DNA of 63,984 bases, the filler included, from Pirum gemmata (lineage: Eukaryota), in the NCBI GenBank assembly GCA_002812295.1. It is 19 parts of 19 records of this genome, joined end to end, with 100 filler letters (N's around TTAATTAATTAA, not from the genome) between each part and the next. Parts side by side here need not be neighbours in the genome. Positions count along the whole stretch, not along the records: positions 36,143 to 39,262 come from PDIN01003396.1; positions 39,363 to 42,498 come from PDIN01003397.1; positions 42,599 to 45,691 come from PDIN01003398.1; positions 45,792 to 48,922 come from PDIN01003399.1; positions 49,023 to 52,156 come from PDIN01003400.1; 14 more parts are not named here. The stretch is one strand, 5' to 3'. The translations under genes were made by a program, and so were the position numbers. Below, piece after piece: positions 36,503-49,310 of this stretch. Numbering within the stretch: position 1 is the first letter of the stretch; each line of letters begins with the position of its first letter. The notes under the pieces were generated by a model that did no database searches, was not told the origin of the DNA, and worked only from the letters and a program-made list of their open reading frames with translations.

Positions 36503-37506
36503 TATGAATCAGTTGATATAAATTTACCGTATCAGTTTTGGACAAGTTATTATAACAGTTTTCCAATTAATAGCAACGAATACAAAAGTACACCACCGAT
36601 TTGGTTAAAAGAAGCAATAGAAAAATTCCCTACAGAAGGAAAAAATAATACCAATAACATTAATGAAGAAATAATGACGACTATTAAATTTATGAAAAAT
36701 AATATAATAGTTGAGGAAGATATTAATAATAATGGTGAATCAACACTTAGAGCACAAACATGTACAAAATTCATAGAAGATCATAGACGAGTAATGAAAT
36801 ATTACAAAAAAGAAAATTTTATCCATTTCAACAACAAATTTAATGAAAACTATTTATCAGAAGATGTAAAAAATGCTTACAAAATGTTAAAACAAAATGA
36901 ACATATTAATACGGAGATAATGCAAATGTGGAAAGTTAATGATGAAAAAGATTGGAAAAAATTGGTGAAAGAAAGAAGGAAAATTTTGAAGGACCAAACA
37001 AAATATATACAAGAGCATAGTTTAAAAATATTAATGCAAGCAATAGAACCAACTTTTGTCCCCTGTAGTTATTGCGGGAAAGAATTTAATAATAACCAAT
37101 CTAAAGAAAAATTCGAACACAATTTTGAATGTAGAAATTTCAAAGAAATTTGGGCAATCTGTGCAAGGAAATTAAATTTAAAGAAAATTACAACAAATAT
37201 GAATATCATTTGTTTTGGCAATAAGGATCTACAACTAAAAAGAGTTAAACATCTAGTTAAATATACAAAATTACATTATATGATATATAGAAAGTGTAAA
37301 AAATATGATAATATCAATGATGATGTCATAGACGAGATCTGTGAATCATATACAAATAATCAATTATAATTGAATAATGTAATAATAATCATTTTTTACG
37401 ATTTTTTTTACGTAAAAATCGAAGATTGAGGATTTTTTTTGTAACCTCCTTCGATTTATTAATTTGTAATTAATAAAACTTTCTTGAAAAAAAAAAAAAA
37501 AAAAAA
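36503..37506 (+). mobile_element. 5'-truncated non-LTR retrotransposon (L1/Tx1-like) 3' end
   Basis: The frame is open from 36503 to the stop at 37369 and encodes the C-terminal CCHC motif CSYC..EHNFEC..FKEIW (zf-RVT-like). It is followed by a short 3' UTR, AATAAA (37472) and poly(A) (37487-37506). Confidence 0.75.
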
Positions 37507-37551
37507 CTAACGCAAACCAAAATAATATACATTAACATAAATATTTCAGCA

Positions 37552-37590
<39 letters not shown>

Positions 37591-37647
37591 CAATGACAAA
37601 CAAAACTAAAATAAGAATAATATTTACATAATACAATTTTTTTAGGG

Positions 37648-38430
37648 AATAAAAAAATTAACTTTAATTATTTGTTTAATTTTAATGTACTTACTTCTAT
37701 CCTTTTATTAACTGTTAAAATTAAATAGACCGTACTGTTTGTCTAGTAATATTACGTAAAATTTGATAAAAGAATAGTAGTATTCAGAGAGTAAAAAAAA
37801 TAAAGTAATGTAGTAATAGAAATAGTAATATTAGTTTTTTAACGATTTTTTATTGGTTACATATTAATGTTAGTATTTTATTCCGTGGTTTTGATTAGTT
37901 GATTATTATTTTAAAATTTAATAATAGATTTAATTTTGTTTTTTGTTTTTTTTGTTCAACCAAACAAAGGACAATAGTTGTTTTTGCATTGTCAATGTCA
38001 TAGTTTATATCTCATTATTTTATTTATTTATTTTTTTTCACTCTAATAAAAAATTAACTTAATTATTTCTTTAATTTCAATGTACTTATAACTTTATAAC
38101 TGTTAAAATTAAATAGACGATGCTGTTTATCTAGTAATATCACGTAAAATTTAATAAGAAAAAGAAAAGTAGTATTCAGAGTATAAAAATATAAAGTAAT
38201 AGTAATAGAAATAGTAATATTGGTTTTTTAACGATTTTTTATTGATTATATCTTAATGTTAGTATTTTATTCCGTGGTTTTGATTAGGTAATTATTATTT
38301 TAAATTTTAATAATAATAGATTTAATTTTTTTTTTTTTTTTTCAACCAAACAATGGACAACAGAGTTGTTTTGCATTGTTAGTGTCATAGTTTAAATCTC
38401 ATTATTATTATTTTATTTTATTTTTTTTCA
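37648..38430. repeat. Tandem duplication of ~395 bp
   Basis: Two diverged copies starting at about 37648 and 38045 (shared ACTGTTAAAATTAAATAGAC, TTCCGTGGTTTTGATTAG, TTCAACCAAACA). Confidence 0.85.
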
Positions 38431-38703
38431 CCCCAACCTTAACAGCGGAATACTAAAAATAAATAAATAATCAAAAAGTCGGGCACAAAGCGATAAAACA
38501 CACCCAACTTCTGGAAAAGTAAACAAAGTTTATGGAAAACCAAACTTAATTTTTAAATAAGCTCCAAAAGTTTAAAACATTGTTCAACTGTACCAAAAGT
38601 TGGATATATCTAGTCGCGTAGTCCTTTATATATATAAATAAATTCAAAACAACCTTAAAAGCTTCATTTTTCTCAACCAAACAGTACACAGCATCGTGTT
38701 TTA

Positions 38704-38735
<32 letters not shown>

Positions 38736-39745
38736 TTCCAAATATAGAACTGAGTTTTCTTTGCGCTTATTTTCCCGACCGCACCCAAGTTTTTATAAAA
38801 CATAACTTATTATACTTTAAATCCCATTTTAAGTCATTGTGACTAAAACTAACTAACCAACTTTCCCTTTTCATAGATGAACCAGAATCACAAGTAAATA
38901 TTTTAAGTCATAATTTAAGGCATGATAAGAATATAATATATACATTAAAAAGTTTAAATGAAATGGGGTCGAGTTATTTTTCTATTAAATAAACTTGAAA
39001 ATAGAAACACTTATCCTAAAAATGACTAAATTTAGTATCTGAAATTATATATATAAATATAAAAGAAAAAAAAAAACTTAAAATGTTTTCTCGAATTAGC
39101 AAAAAATTATGCAGTTATCCCTAACCTCTCTTCAAGGTATTCATAGAGAGTTTCTTTTGACCATTTCGCAACACTAAAATTTAATAATAATAGTAAAATA
39201 AAAATAAAAAATAATTTTAACAACAATAACAACAATAACAACAACAACAACAATAACAACAANNNNNNNNNNNNNNNNNNNNNNNNNNNNNNNNNNNNNN
39301 NNNNNNTTAATTAATTAANNNNNNNNNNNNNNNNNNNNNNNNNNNNNNNNNNNNNNNNNNNNTGGGGGATGGGGGATGGGTAAGAGATGGGTTAGGATTC
39401 TAAACATTGAAGAATTCTACATCTCTTCTCTAAACTTAACCTTTTCCTGTGAAATTGATTATTAACACAATGTGATGAATATGAATTTGTATATATGTTA
39501 GTTATCTTTTTTAGTATACATAGTTTATTATATACTGCAACAGTATCTTTAAACTTGTTATTTTTATAATTTTATAGCCAAATAGATAGTATGATAAAAA
39601 GGAAAAGAAAAATGTTACATAATATATTTTTAATTAACCTTCATTTTTTATGTCTCCATTATTCTTGATTAATTCTTAAAATCACAATAATAATAATAAT
39701 GATAATAATAATAATACTACTAATAAGAATACTACTAATGATACT

Positions 39746-39776
<31 letters not shown>

Positions 39777-39841
39777 ATAATATAATAATAATAACAATAA
39801 TAATATCATTATTTTTAATCATTTTATTTATAATATTATAG

Positions 39842-40244
39842 TTGTGGGGCAACAGGAATTGGGAGTGGTGCAGAGGAAGTTAAACCTAATTCGGAAGGAT
39901 TTACGATCCCGATCAAGTTGCCGGCTGACATTCCTTCGGGCCGAACAATATTGAGATGGGAATGGAGTATAATACCCTACGATAAAAAGTATAATAAAAA
40001 AGTTCAATTTTATGCGACTTGTTCGGACATTGAAGTGCTTAACGAGAAAAAAATTCAAAAGAAAGTTAACTCAAAAAGCATTGTTACTATTTACGATGAT
40101 AACAAAGATGGTCGTTTTCATTTATCAACTAATTTTTCTGATTATTGGAATGCGATAGCTTCTGGAAATACTTTGATTGATCATATTAATAACTTTGAAC
40201 CCCAAACCCCCTTAGCCTCTTTCCACCGGAAATGCTTTGATTGA
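39842..40244 (+). CDS. LPMO-like (chitin-binding type-4 fold) C-terminal exon; upstream exons outside the scaffold, 3' end disrupted by repeats
   Basis: After the TATAG| acceptor the exon reads CGATG..IPIKLPADIPSGRTILRWEW..VQFYATCSDIEV, which is the LPMO C-terminal LRWEW..Q-x-Y..C-x-D pattern. It aligns by eye with the 60892-61421 protein. Confidence 0.72.
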
Positions 40245-41405
40245 TCATATTAACAGCTTTAAAGTTTAAACCCGAAACCACATTAGCCTCTTTCCACCAT
40301 TTCCCTCACACAAAAACCAACGAGTAAGGTACTAGCTAGTAAGGGTGTTCGGTTGTAGAATTTTTGTAGACCTCGGCATTTTTTTATTATTATATTATTG
40401 GAATGCATTAGCTTCTAAAAATACTTTGAATGATCATAATAATAAATTTAAACCCCAACCCCCATTAACCTCTTTCCATCATTTCCCTCATACAAAAATG
40501 CGTTAGCTTCTAAAAATACTTTGATTGGTCATATTAATAAACTTTTAAGCCCCAACCCCCATAAGCCTCTTTCCATCATTTTCCTCGTACAAAAACCAAC
40601 GAGTAAGTTACTAGTAAGGGTGTTCGGTTGTAGAAGTTTTGTAGACCTCGACATTTCTTTATTATTATATTATTGGAATGCGTTAGCTTCTAAAAATACT
40701 TCGATTGATTCGATTGATCATATTAATAACTTTAAAATCCAAACCACATTAGCCTCTTTCCACCATTTCCCTCACACAAAAACCAACAAGTAAGTTACTA
40801 GTAAGGGTGTTCGGTTGTAGAATTTTTGTAGACCTCGGCATTTTGTATTAATATATTATTGGAATGCGTTAGCTTCTAAAAATACTTTGGTTGATCATAT
40901 TATTAAATTTAAACACCAACCCCCATTTGCCTCTTTCCATCATTTCCCTCACACAAAAACCAACGAGTAAGTTACTAGTAAAGGTGTTCGGTTGTAAAAT
41001 TTTTGTAGACCTCGGCATTTTTTTATTATTATATTAATATTATTGGAATGCGTTAGCTTCTAAAAATACTTTGATTGATCATATTTTAATAACTTTAAAA
41101 CCAAAACCACATTAGCCTCTTTCCACCATTTCCCTCACACAAAAGCCAACAAGTAAGTTATTAGTATGGGTGTTCGGTTGTAGAATTTTTGTAGACCTCG
41201 GCATTTTGTATTAATATATTATTGGAATGCGTTAGCTTCTAAAAATACTTTGGTTGATCATATTATAATATTAATAACTTTAATTAAACCCCCCTTAACC
41301 TCTTTCCACCATTTTCCTCACACAAAAACCAACTAGTAAGATTTACTAGTAAGGGTGTTCGGTTGTAGAATTTTGTAGACCTCGTTATATTATTATTATT
41401 ATATT
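40143..41405. repeat. Tandem array of ~185-bp units derived from the 3' part of the LPMO-like exon plus the following intron-like sequence
   Basis: TATTGGAATGC unit starts at about 40143, 40396, 40671, 40857, 41041 and 41220, plus partial units. Confidence 0.9.
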
Positions 41406-43983
41406 ATTAGCTAGATTATTGGGAGTTTTTTATTACCTCTGGCTCTGGCGAGGTCAGAATTTGAAAGTAGCTAGGTTTGAATCTTTCTAATTTTATTTAT
41501 AATTTTTTTTTGAGAAATTTTACTGAAATTTTCTTGTGGAGATGGCATCGAATCGAGAATAGCTCGAATATTTCGAAGTTTTTCGATCTAATTTTAAGTA
41601 TCGACTCACTTTTGACTTCATAGAAAACACTTGAAACTCAAAAAAAAAAAAAAAAAAAAAGAATATCATTTCGAATTGTCACTTTTTAATTAATAATTAG
41701 GATCGAGCTGTTTGATGTTTTCCCGTATCTCCATGCGGGAAAAACAACCGAATCGAAGCTAGTTCGAAACTTTCGAAGTTTTTCGATCTAATTTTAAGTA
41801 TTGACACTTTAGAAATTTCATGAAAAAACTTAGAACTCGAAAAAAAAAAAAAAAAANAAAATTGTCACTATTTAATAATTAGGTTAGAGCTGTTTGATTC
41901 GATTTTGTTTTCCCGTATCTCCCTTATCTTATTACAGAATGGGTTAGGGTTAGGGTTAGGGTTAGGGTTAGGGTTAGGGTTAGGGTTAGGGTTAGGGTTA
42001 GGGTACAGACTGGGTACAGTCTTATTTATAAATAATTCTTTTCAAAAATAATATTAATAAATAGAATTTGATGAGGTCAATAACAATAGTATAATAAACA
42101 TTACTCGAGGGTTATAGTTAGGTTTTTGCATTTGTAGCCTGAATAATTATAAAGTTTTTTTATTGTTTGTTAATAGGTGAACTAACAGCTGTTTTGGAGT
42201 TTTGGTGTATATTTGGGATTGGTATATAGTGTGAATTAAGAACTTTACATTTTGTAGACATAATTATATTTGTATATTAATATTGTGCTCTTTTTCGTTT
42301 ATTTTGTCACTCTTGACTATTCATTTGGTGGGTTATAACCTTTAAATTGGTGCCGCTGTTGATACATGTTAAGTAGTTAGTATATTATAGTATATAGTTT
42401 ATTATTAATATACTTATAATTATATGATTTATATATAATATTATATTTTATCTTATAATATTTGAAGTCTAGTTAATTGGCAGATAATAATAAGTTTTNN
42501 NNNNNNNNNNNNNNNNNNNNNNNNNNNNNNNNNNNNNNNNNNTTAATTAATTAANNNNNNNNNNNNNNNNNNNNNNNNNNNNNNNNNNNNNNNNNNNNCA
42601 TTCTACGCCTGTAATTTATATAATATTAAACAATACTGTCATTATTATTATTATATGTAGTGCTTTTCAGTTGTTTTGCCATCAATATGCAATTAATAAT
42701 TATATAGTACCAAATTAATAAAATATGAACCATTTAACTTAATTTGGTGTCTTTTATTATATATTCATTTATTTAAAAATGTCTATTTAAATATTATAAC
42801 CCTCCAAATAAATATTCAGAGTGACAAAATAAATGAAAAGTACGATAATAATATATTATAATAATAATAAATAAACATTACCATTAATTAATATTAATAA
42901 CCTTCTTTCTTAAAACACAACTCTGATTATCCAATAAATTTCTTCACACTTCATTCACTAGCTGGCTACACAAAATATATTTCCCGCTACCCAAAAATAT
43001 ATTTTGACTTTTCCTAGTATAAAAACGTACAACCAACATAAATTCCGGTTTTATATTGTGTACAGGAGGGGTGAGCACCCCCTTTGCGAACATTTAAGGG
43101 CGAGTGGTGAAGTGGAAGGCTATTCGCCACTTTGCAGTTACCATAAATAGTATTTATATAGCTATAAATAGTAGCTTCTATTTTAAAAGCTTCTATTAAT
43201 AGTAGCTATTATACTATTTAAAGTAATTTTAATCACAAAAATTTCATTTTGGCGAACTTTTGGTACCAGAGCCTTCAATTCGTAAAATGACGTCATCTCA
43301 TCCCTCCTTTGTGTACCATTTGGGATATAGATGCATAATATTCATATAATTTTTTTATATAAATTTCAGATTTAATTTTTAAATCAAAAACTTTATCTAA
43401 AAACTTGGCATAATATATTACTTCGTTATCATTATGCTATACATTATATAATATAAACATATTATATAATCAGATTCCTGACCCAAACGTCACATAAAAA
43501 AATATTATAGTTTCCCTTGTACTTATCATAATTTTATTGAAATATTTATTTAATATTCCTTTAACATTGAATTAAACTACGGGTTTGTTTATTAAAAAAT
43601 CTTTAAATCAATATTCCTTTAATTATTAACATTGAATTGGAACAAAAATACAAAAATACAAAAATACAAACGTATTTTCTTTTTTTCTTTTTTCAATTTA
43701 TGTTTCTTATAAAAAGTGGGAAAAAAATAAAGAAATATCATTTGAAATTGTATTTTTGTATTTTTTTTTATATATATAAAAGTTATAACATATAATCAAT
43801 GAATTTGTAATCTGACATTATTGCGAATAAACATTCGTATCAACTATTATATAACGTGGTTTATACTTTTCAAGTACATATTCATTTAATCTTATTGAAA
43901 ATTTCATAAACCTTAATATAGTATTTTAATAAAAATAAAATTTTTTTTTTACATTTCTTAAAATAATAAGAAATATAACAACA

Positions 43984-44405
43984 ATGACAACAATGACAAA
44001 ATTACAAGAATTTTATTCAACATATAGTTGTAATAGTGAAATATGTATCGAATCATATGGTTTTTTTTAGGGAAACAATATGAAAATGTTAAAGGGTGTA
44101 AATTAAAAGAGAATTAATAACATATTTTTTAAACAACTGAAGCACTTTTTTAAAAGAAGCATATAAAGGAAAATGGGAAAATTGATATGGAAAATGATTA
44201 TTTTTATATGAAAGAAATAATGTTTTTAATTTATTTGAAATCCCCATCAAATTTATCTAAATACAAGGAACAAACATTATATCAAATACTAGAGTATGTA
44301 TTTGATTTAATTGATTTTGATTATGACAATCAAATAGGCGAGTATATAATAGATAATGATTTATATATAAATGACTATTTTGATAGTGATAGTGATTTTG
44401 AATAA
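43984..44405 (+). pseudogene. Frameshifted small intronless ORF with acidic tail (virus/Polinton-like, unknown)
   Basis: The MTKLQEFYSTY.. fragment is followed in another frame by MENDYFYMKE..YFDSDSDFE. Confidence 0.4.
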
Positions 44406-45082
44406 GTCATAAATAAAGTATTATTATGATTAATATTTTTATTATTCACTTCAAAGAATTATTATTATTAATTAATTAATTAATTAATAATCAAGTAAAA
44501 GTATAAGCTATTTTAATGTAGTTAAATGATTTCTCGAATAATTTTAAAAACCCAAATAAATTTTATCATCAAGATATTCTTTTAATTCATACATATTGTA
44601 AATACGAAAAGCTTTTAACTCATCAATACTAAATTCATTGTAAATTGATTGAATATTATTATTTAATATTTTTTCAATTTATCAAAAAGGTATTTAGTGT
44701 GTAATCTCATCATATTATCTTCAACTTCATTTCCAATCTTCATCTTCATCTTCATAAAAAGTGTCATAAGTTTCTAATGTTTCATTAAATGCTATATCAT
44801 ATATGTAATCAAAATCATCATTTATGAAATCAGAATAAATCTTTTATTTATTATACTGTTTTTATACTCATTAAATCCCCAAAATTTTTCAAAAAATGAC
44901 TCGAAAAAATAATCTTTAATTTTCGACATAACTTTCTATTATTTTTATAAATCAAGCCTTCTAATATAGAGTCTCTAAGGAGTTCATCAATACAACGTTT
45001 CATTTTTTTTTTTCATTCAATTTAATTTTCAAATTATTAATTTTTATGTCGAGGCAGATTTTTTTAAAAAACTATTAAATAA

Positions 45083-45603
45083 ATGAGTAATAAATTTATA
45101 CCTTATTTTGGAAATAAACGAAAAGAAATTAATTCTATATTTAAACATTTGCCTTCTTCTTTTGATACTTTTATTGATTTATTTAGAGGTAGTGGCTCAG
45201 TAGGTATTAATGTTAAAGATAAATATCCAAATAAAAATATTGTCTATAATGATACAAATGTAAAATTACAAAGATTATTCTCTATTTTGAAAAATAAAAA
45301 GTTGAAAAAAGAATTTGAAAGATTTAATGATAATTTAACTCAAACTAAATTTGAAACACTTGAAGAAGGTGTTGACTATATGGATAACATTTGGAATTCA
45401 ATAAAAAATGAAGATGTTAAATTTGTTATGAAATGTTTATATTCTTTAATGAGAAGTTATTTATTAAAAGATAAAACAGTTTGGCGTGCAATCTATGATA
45501 ATAGAGGAAACAAGCCATTTTATGCAATTACCATATGAAAAATATTATAATACATATTCAAAATTAGATAAAATGTATAATAAAGATTATAAAGAAATAT
45601 TAA
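45083..45603 (+). pseudogene. Dam-type (D12 class) DNA adenine methyltransferase, frameshifted and truncated
   Basis: PYFGNKRK, motif I FIDLFRGSGSV and motif II IVYND. There is a frameshift near 45525, after which YNKDYKEIL follows. The expected DPPY motif is absent. Confidence 0.8.
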
Positions 45604-46225
45604 CAATCCCGAAAAATCAAACAACTGAAAATAATACAAAGAAAAGAAGGGTGGGTGGGCCCTCCAAAAACGGAGTACTGCCATTATACTANNNNNNNNN
45701 NNNNNNNNNNNNNNNNNNNNNNNNNNNNNNNNNNNTTAATTAATTAANNNNNNNNNNNNNNNNNNNNNNNNNNNNNNNNNNNNNNNNNNNNTTTTTTTTG
45801 TTTTTTTTTGGTTTTTTTTTACATGATTTGTTACTCTGCCAGGTGGTGGCCTGGTCAGGGTCTCGGGATGTCCCCCTTGCAATGGCCGGGTCTAGCACCC
45901 TTTCAGCTTGTTGTGTTCAGTCCATTGGTTATTGAAAGGTGTAATTGTTGTAAACAGTGCTCGAAGTGATTGGTATTTATTTATTTATCTATTTATCTAT
46001 TTATTTATTTATTTATTTGAATATATATTTCATATATATATTAATAATTAATAGAATAAAAAACTTTATAATTTTTAAAAAATAATAATTATTTGTCTGG
46101 ATTATTTGTTTTTTTTTTATTTTTGTTTTTGGTATTTGTTTTTTACTATTAAAATTTTTAAAAAATCGTTGTACTCTCCATTATTATATATTATCGATAG
46201 TGAAATATCATAATACATAAAAAAG

Positions 46226-48594
46226 ATGTCTCTTTGCCTTGCCATCCAAAACAATAACTTTGAAGAATTTCAAAGCCTTTTAGCAAACGGAGCTTCGCCA
46301 TATGAAAAAGACTCCAAGACAGGATCCAATGCCATTAGAATTGCGGCACTTATGGGAAATCATAGTTTTTTATATATTCTTTTAAAATATGCAAAACAAT
46401 TAGATGGTAAGAAAAGTTTTATTTGTTTTATATTATAAAACTGATGTATCGATATATCTTTTAAAAATTTTAATTAGTTTTTTATTTCTTTTTCGAATTC
46501 TTTTTTGTCCTTTTTTTTATTGATTGATTACACATTGATTAATTATATTATTATTAATCATTTTATTAATTGATTAAACTTGCACTAGTACTTTTTAATT
46601 AATTAATTAGTTATTATTATATTATTATTATTATTTAAAAAAATAAATAAAAAAATAAATAAAACCTATATATAATAATTATGTTTTTGGTTATTTAGAA
46701 TAATATTTCAGTTATTAAAATTTTAATCCTAATTAACTATTTATTTGTTTATTTTGTCATATATAACATTATATATATAGCTGAATTCGAATCAAAATTC
46801 AAATTAAAGGTAAAGTTGCACGATGAAGAAAATCCCATACGTGATGCTGTTTTTTCAGGAAACCCTTTTTGTCTTCAAGCTTTACATGAACACGACTACC
46901 CTTTAGATACAGTTGATAAAGATGGTGACACATGTTTGCATATTGCGTCCGCTGAGGGACATGGGTTGTGTGTAGTGTATCTTCTACGGCATGGACCAAA
47001 AGATAGCGAACTTATTAAAAATCGAAATGGAAAAGTTGCTTCTGAAATGACGAAAGATAACGACATTATAGAAATGTTCAAGGATTATGAAACAAATAAT
47101 AATTTAGATTCCTATCATACCGTGCAAAAGAGACGAGTTCCCGTTTCAGTTCTAAGTGGGTTTTTAGGAAGCGGTAAAACTACATTGATGAATCAATTAC
47201 TGAAAAATGGTGGAAAAAATGGAAAGAAAATTGCTGTTATTGTTAATGATTTTAGTGAGGTAAATGTTGACGCTTCTTTGATAAAACATGCTGAAGAAAA
47301 TCTTCGGGAACTCTCAAATGGATGTATCTGTTGTACCCTTCGAGACGATTTAATTGGAACAGTTTCAGAATTAGCAACAAACGAGGAAATAGACTATATT
47401 TTAATAGAATCAACTGGATTATCAGAACCTCTACCAGTTGCAGATACATTTGAATTTGGTCCATATCTTGATCCTGCTTTAAACCTGACAAAAGAAAATG
47501 ATGAAGAAAATGAAATAACAGTGGATGATAATAAGAAAAATGAACAAGAAGAACAAGAAGAAAAAGAAGAACAAGAAGAAAAAGAAGAAAAAGAAGAAAA
47601 AGAAGAAAAAGAAGAAAAAGAAGAAAAAGAAGAAAATGAAACACCTTTACTTTTCTATTCAAGACTAGACACTATGGTAACGGTTATCGATACTTTCCAA
47701 TTCTTAAATCATTTAGTATGTCCTACAAATCAAAACACGCTCAATTCCGCTGGTGGAGAAACTACTCTGGCAAATTTATTAACCGAACAAATAGAATGTG
47801 CAAATATAGTTATTTTAAACAAAATGGATTTAATTGAAGAAATGGGCGAAAAGGGGAAAACTACCTTAGAAAAGGTGAAAACAATGGTTTTAGGATTAAA
47901 TCCTCATTGTAAAATCGTTTTGTCAAAACACGGGGAGGTAGATCCAGATGTCATTTTTGACACAGGTTTGTTTGATTTTGAAAGAGTTACATATCAAAGT
48001 GGTTGGCAACAAATCTATAAAACCTCTCAGGATAAACGTTTAGTTCCTGAGCGTACGCTTCCTGAGCATGTACCGGAATCGATTGAATTCAATATAACTT
48101 CATTTGTTTATCATGAAACCAAACCATTAATTCCGACTAAATTTCATAACCTTCTCTCTTGTAATAATTTATTTGAGAAAACTGGATTAATAAGAGCAAA
48201 GGGGTCTTTATTTTTGCAAGGAGATACTTATAGATCTTGGAATTATTCTTTAGCGGGTTGTGCTTCAACTGTGTCACCTGGATCTAGTTGGTGGAAACAG
48301 AAGAACGATGCTGAAAGTGACCATGATCATGCTAGTTTTCGTCATAAGAAGCATGGACATGGTAACGATAACGATGATGATAATGAAGATGGGTTCGAAG
48401 AAATAGATGAAATAGAGGAAGTAATGGAGGAACCCTATACACAGATTGTTTGTATTGGTATTGGGTTAAAAAAACAAGCACTGACTGAGTTACTTAATGC
48501 TTGCCTAGATCATACCCATATGCATGTACATAATCCTTTTTTGAACGAAGCAGTCGAAACAACCATCATTGCGAATTCACAAGTACAGAGATGA
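46226..48594 (+). CDS. Ankyrin-repeat / COG0523 (CobW/YciC-type G3E GTPase, putative Zn metallochaperone) fusion, 664 aa
   Basis: Exon 1 46226-46406 (G|GTAAGA) and exon 2 46781-48594 (TATAG|) are in frame. Ankyrin repeats (DKDGDTCLHIASAEGH, NRNGKVASEM), Walker A GFLGSGKT, ELSNGCICC, IESTG, NKMD, a CobW_C RAKG motif and His-rich stretches. Confidence 0.92.
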
Positions 48595-49310
48595 AAGAGA
48601 TGAAGTAATGGACCAATCCTATATAAAAAAATATACACTGGTTGTTTATATTGGGGTTGTGTTGAAAAAAGAAGCACTAATTGAGTTACTTGATATATAT
48701 ATATAGATATAAATAATATTAATATGTACATAATATACATATATAACCCCTTTTTGTGCACAAAACATTAATTATTGCAAATTCATATTACTCTATGGGC
48801 AAAAATGTATTTCTGCAAGCTTTTATCGATAATAAATTATGAATGATAAATTATATGATTAATAAATAATAATAACCAACCGTATGGAGAGTCAAAATCC
48901 ATAGCATATTTTTTTAAAATACNNNNNNNNNNNNNNNNNNNNNNNNNNNNNNNNNNNNNNNNNNNNTTAATTAATTAANNNNNNNNNNNNNNNNNNNNNN
49001 NNNNNNNNNNNNNNNNNNNNNNAATAATAATAATAATATTAATAATAATAAATAACAAATAATAACAAATAATAACAATAATAAATAATAATTATAATAC
49101 TTATATTAATAATAAATAATAATAATAGTAATAATAAACAATAATAATAATAATAATAATAACAATGTAAAAATAAATATAAAAGCCTTAAATAAATATT
49201 AGTATTATTAAATAAATTATAAAAAACAATAAATAAAAATATTCAATATCAATAATAATAAACAATAACTTACCCCTAACCCCTACATTTTATTGTATAT
49301 AAAACAACAG

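Noticed and set aside
40143..41405. CRISPR-like array
   Set aside because: Whole units are repeated with no unique spacers, there are no cas genes, and the context is eukaryotic.
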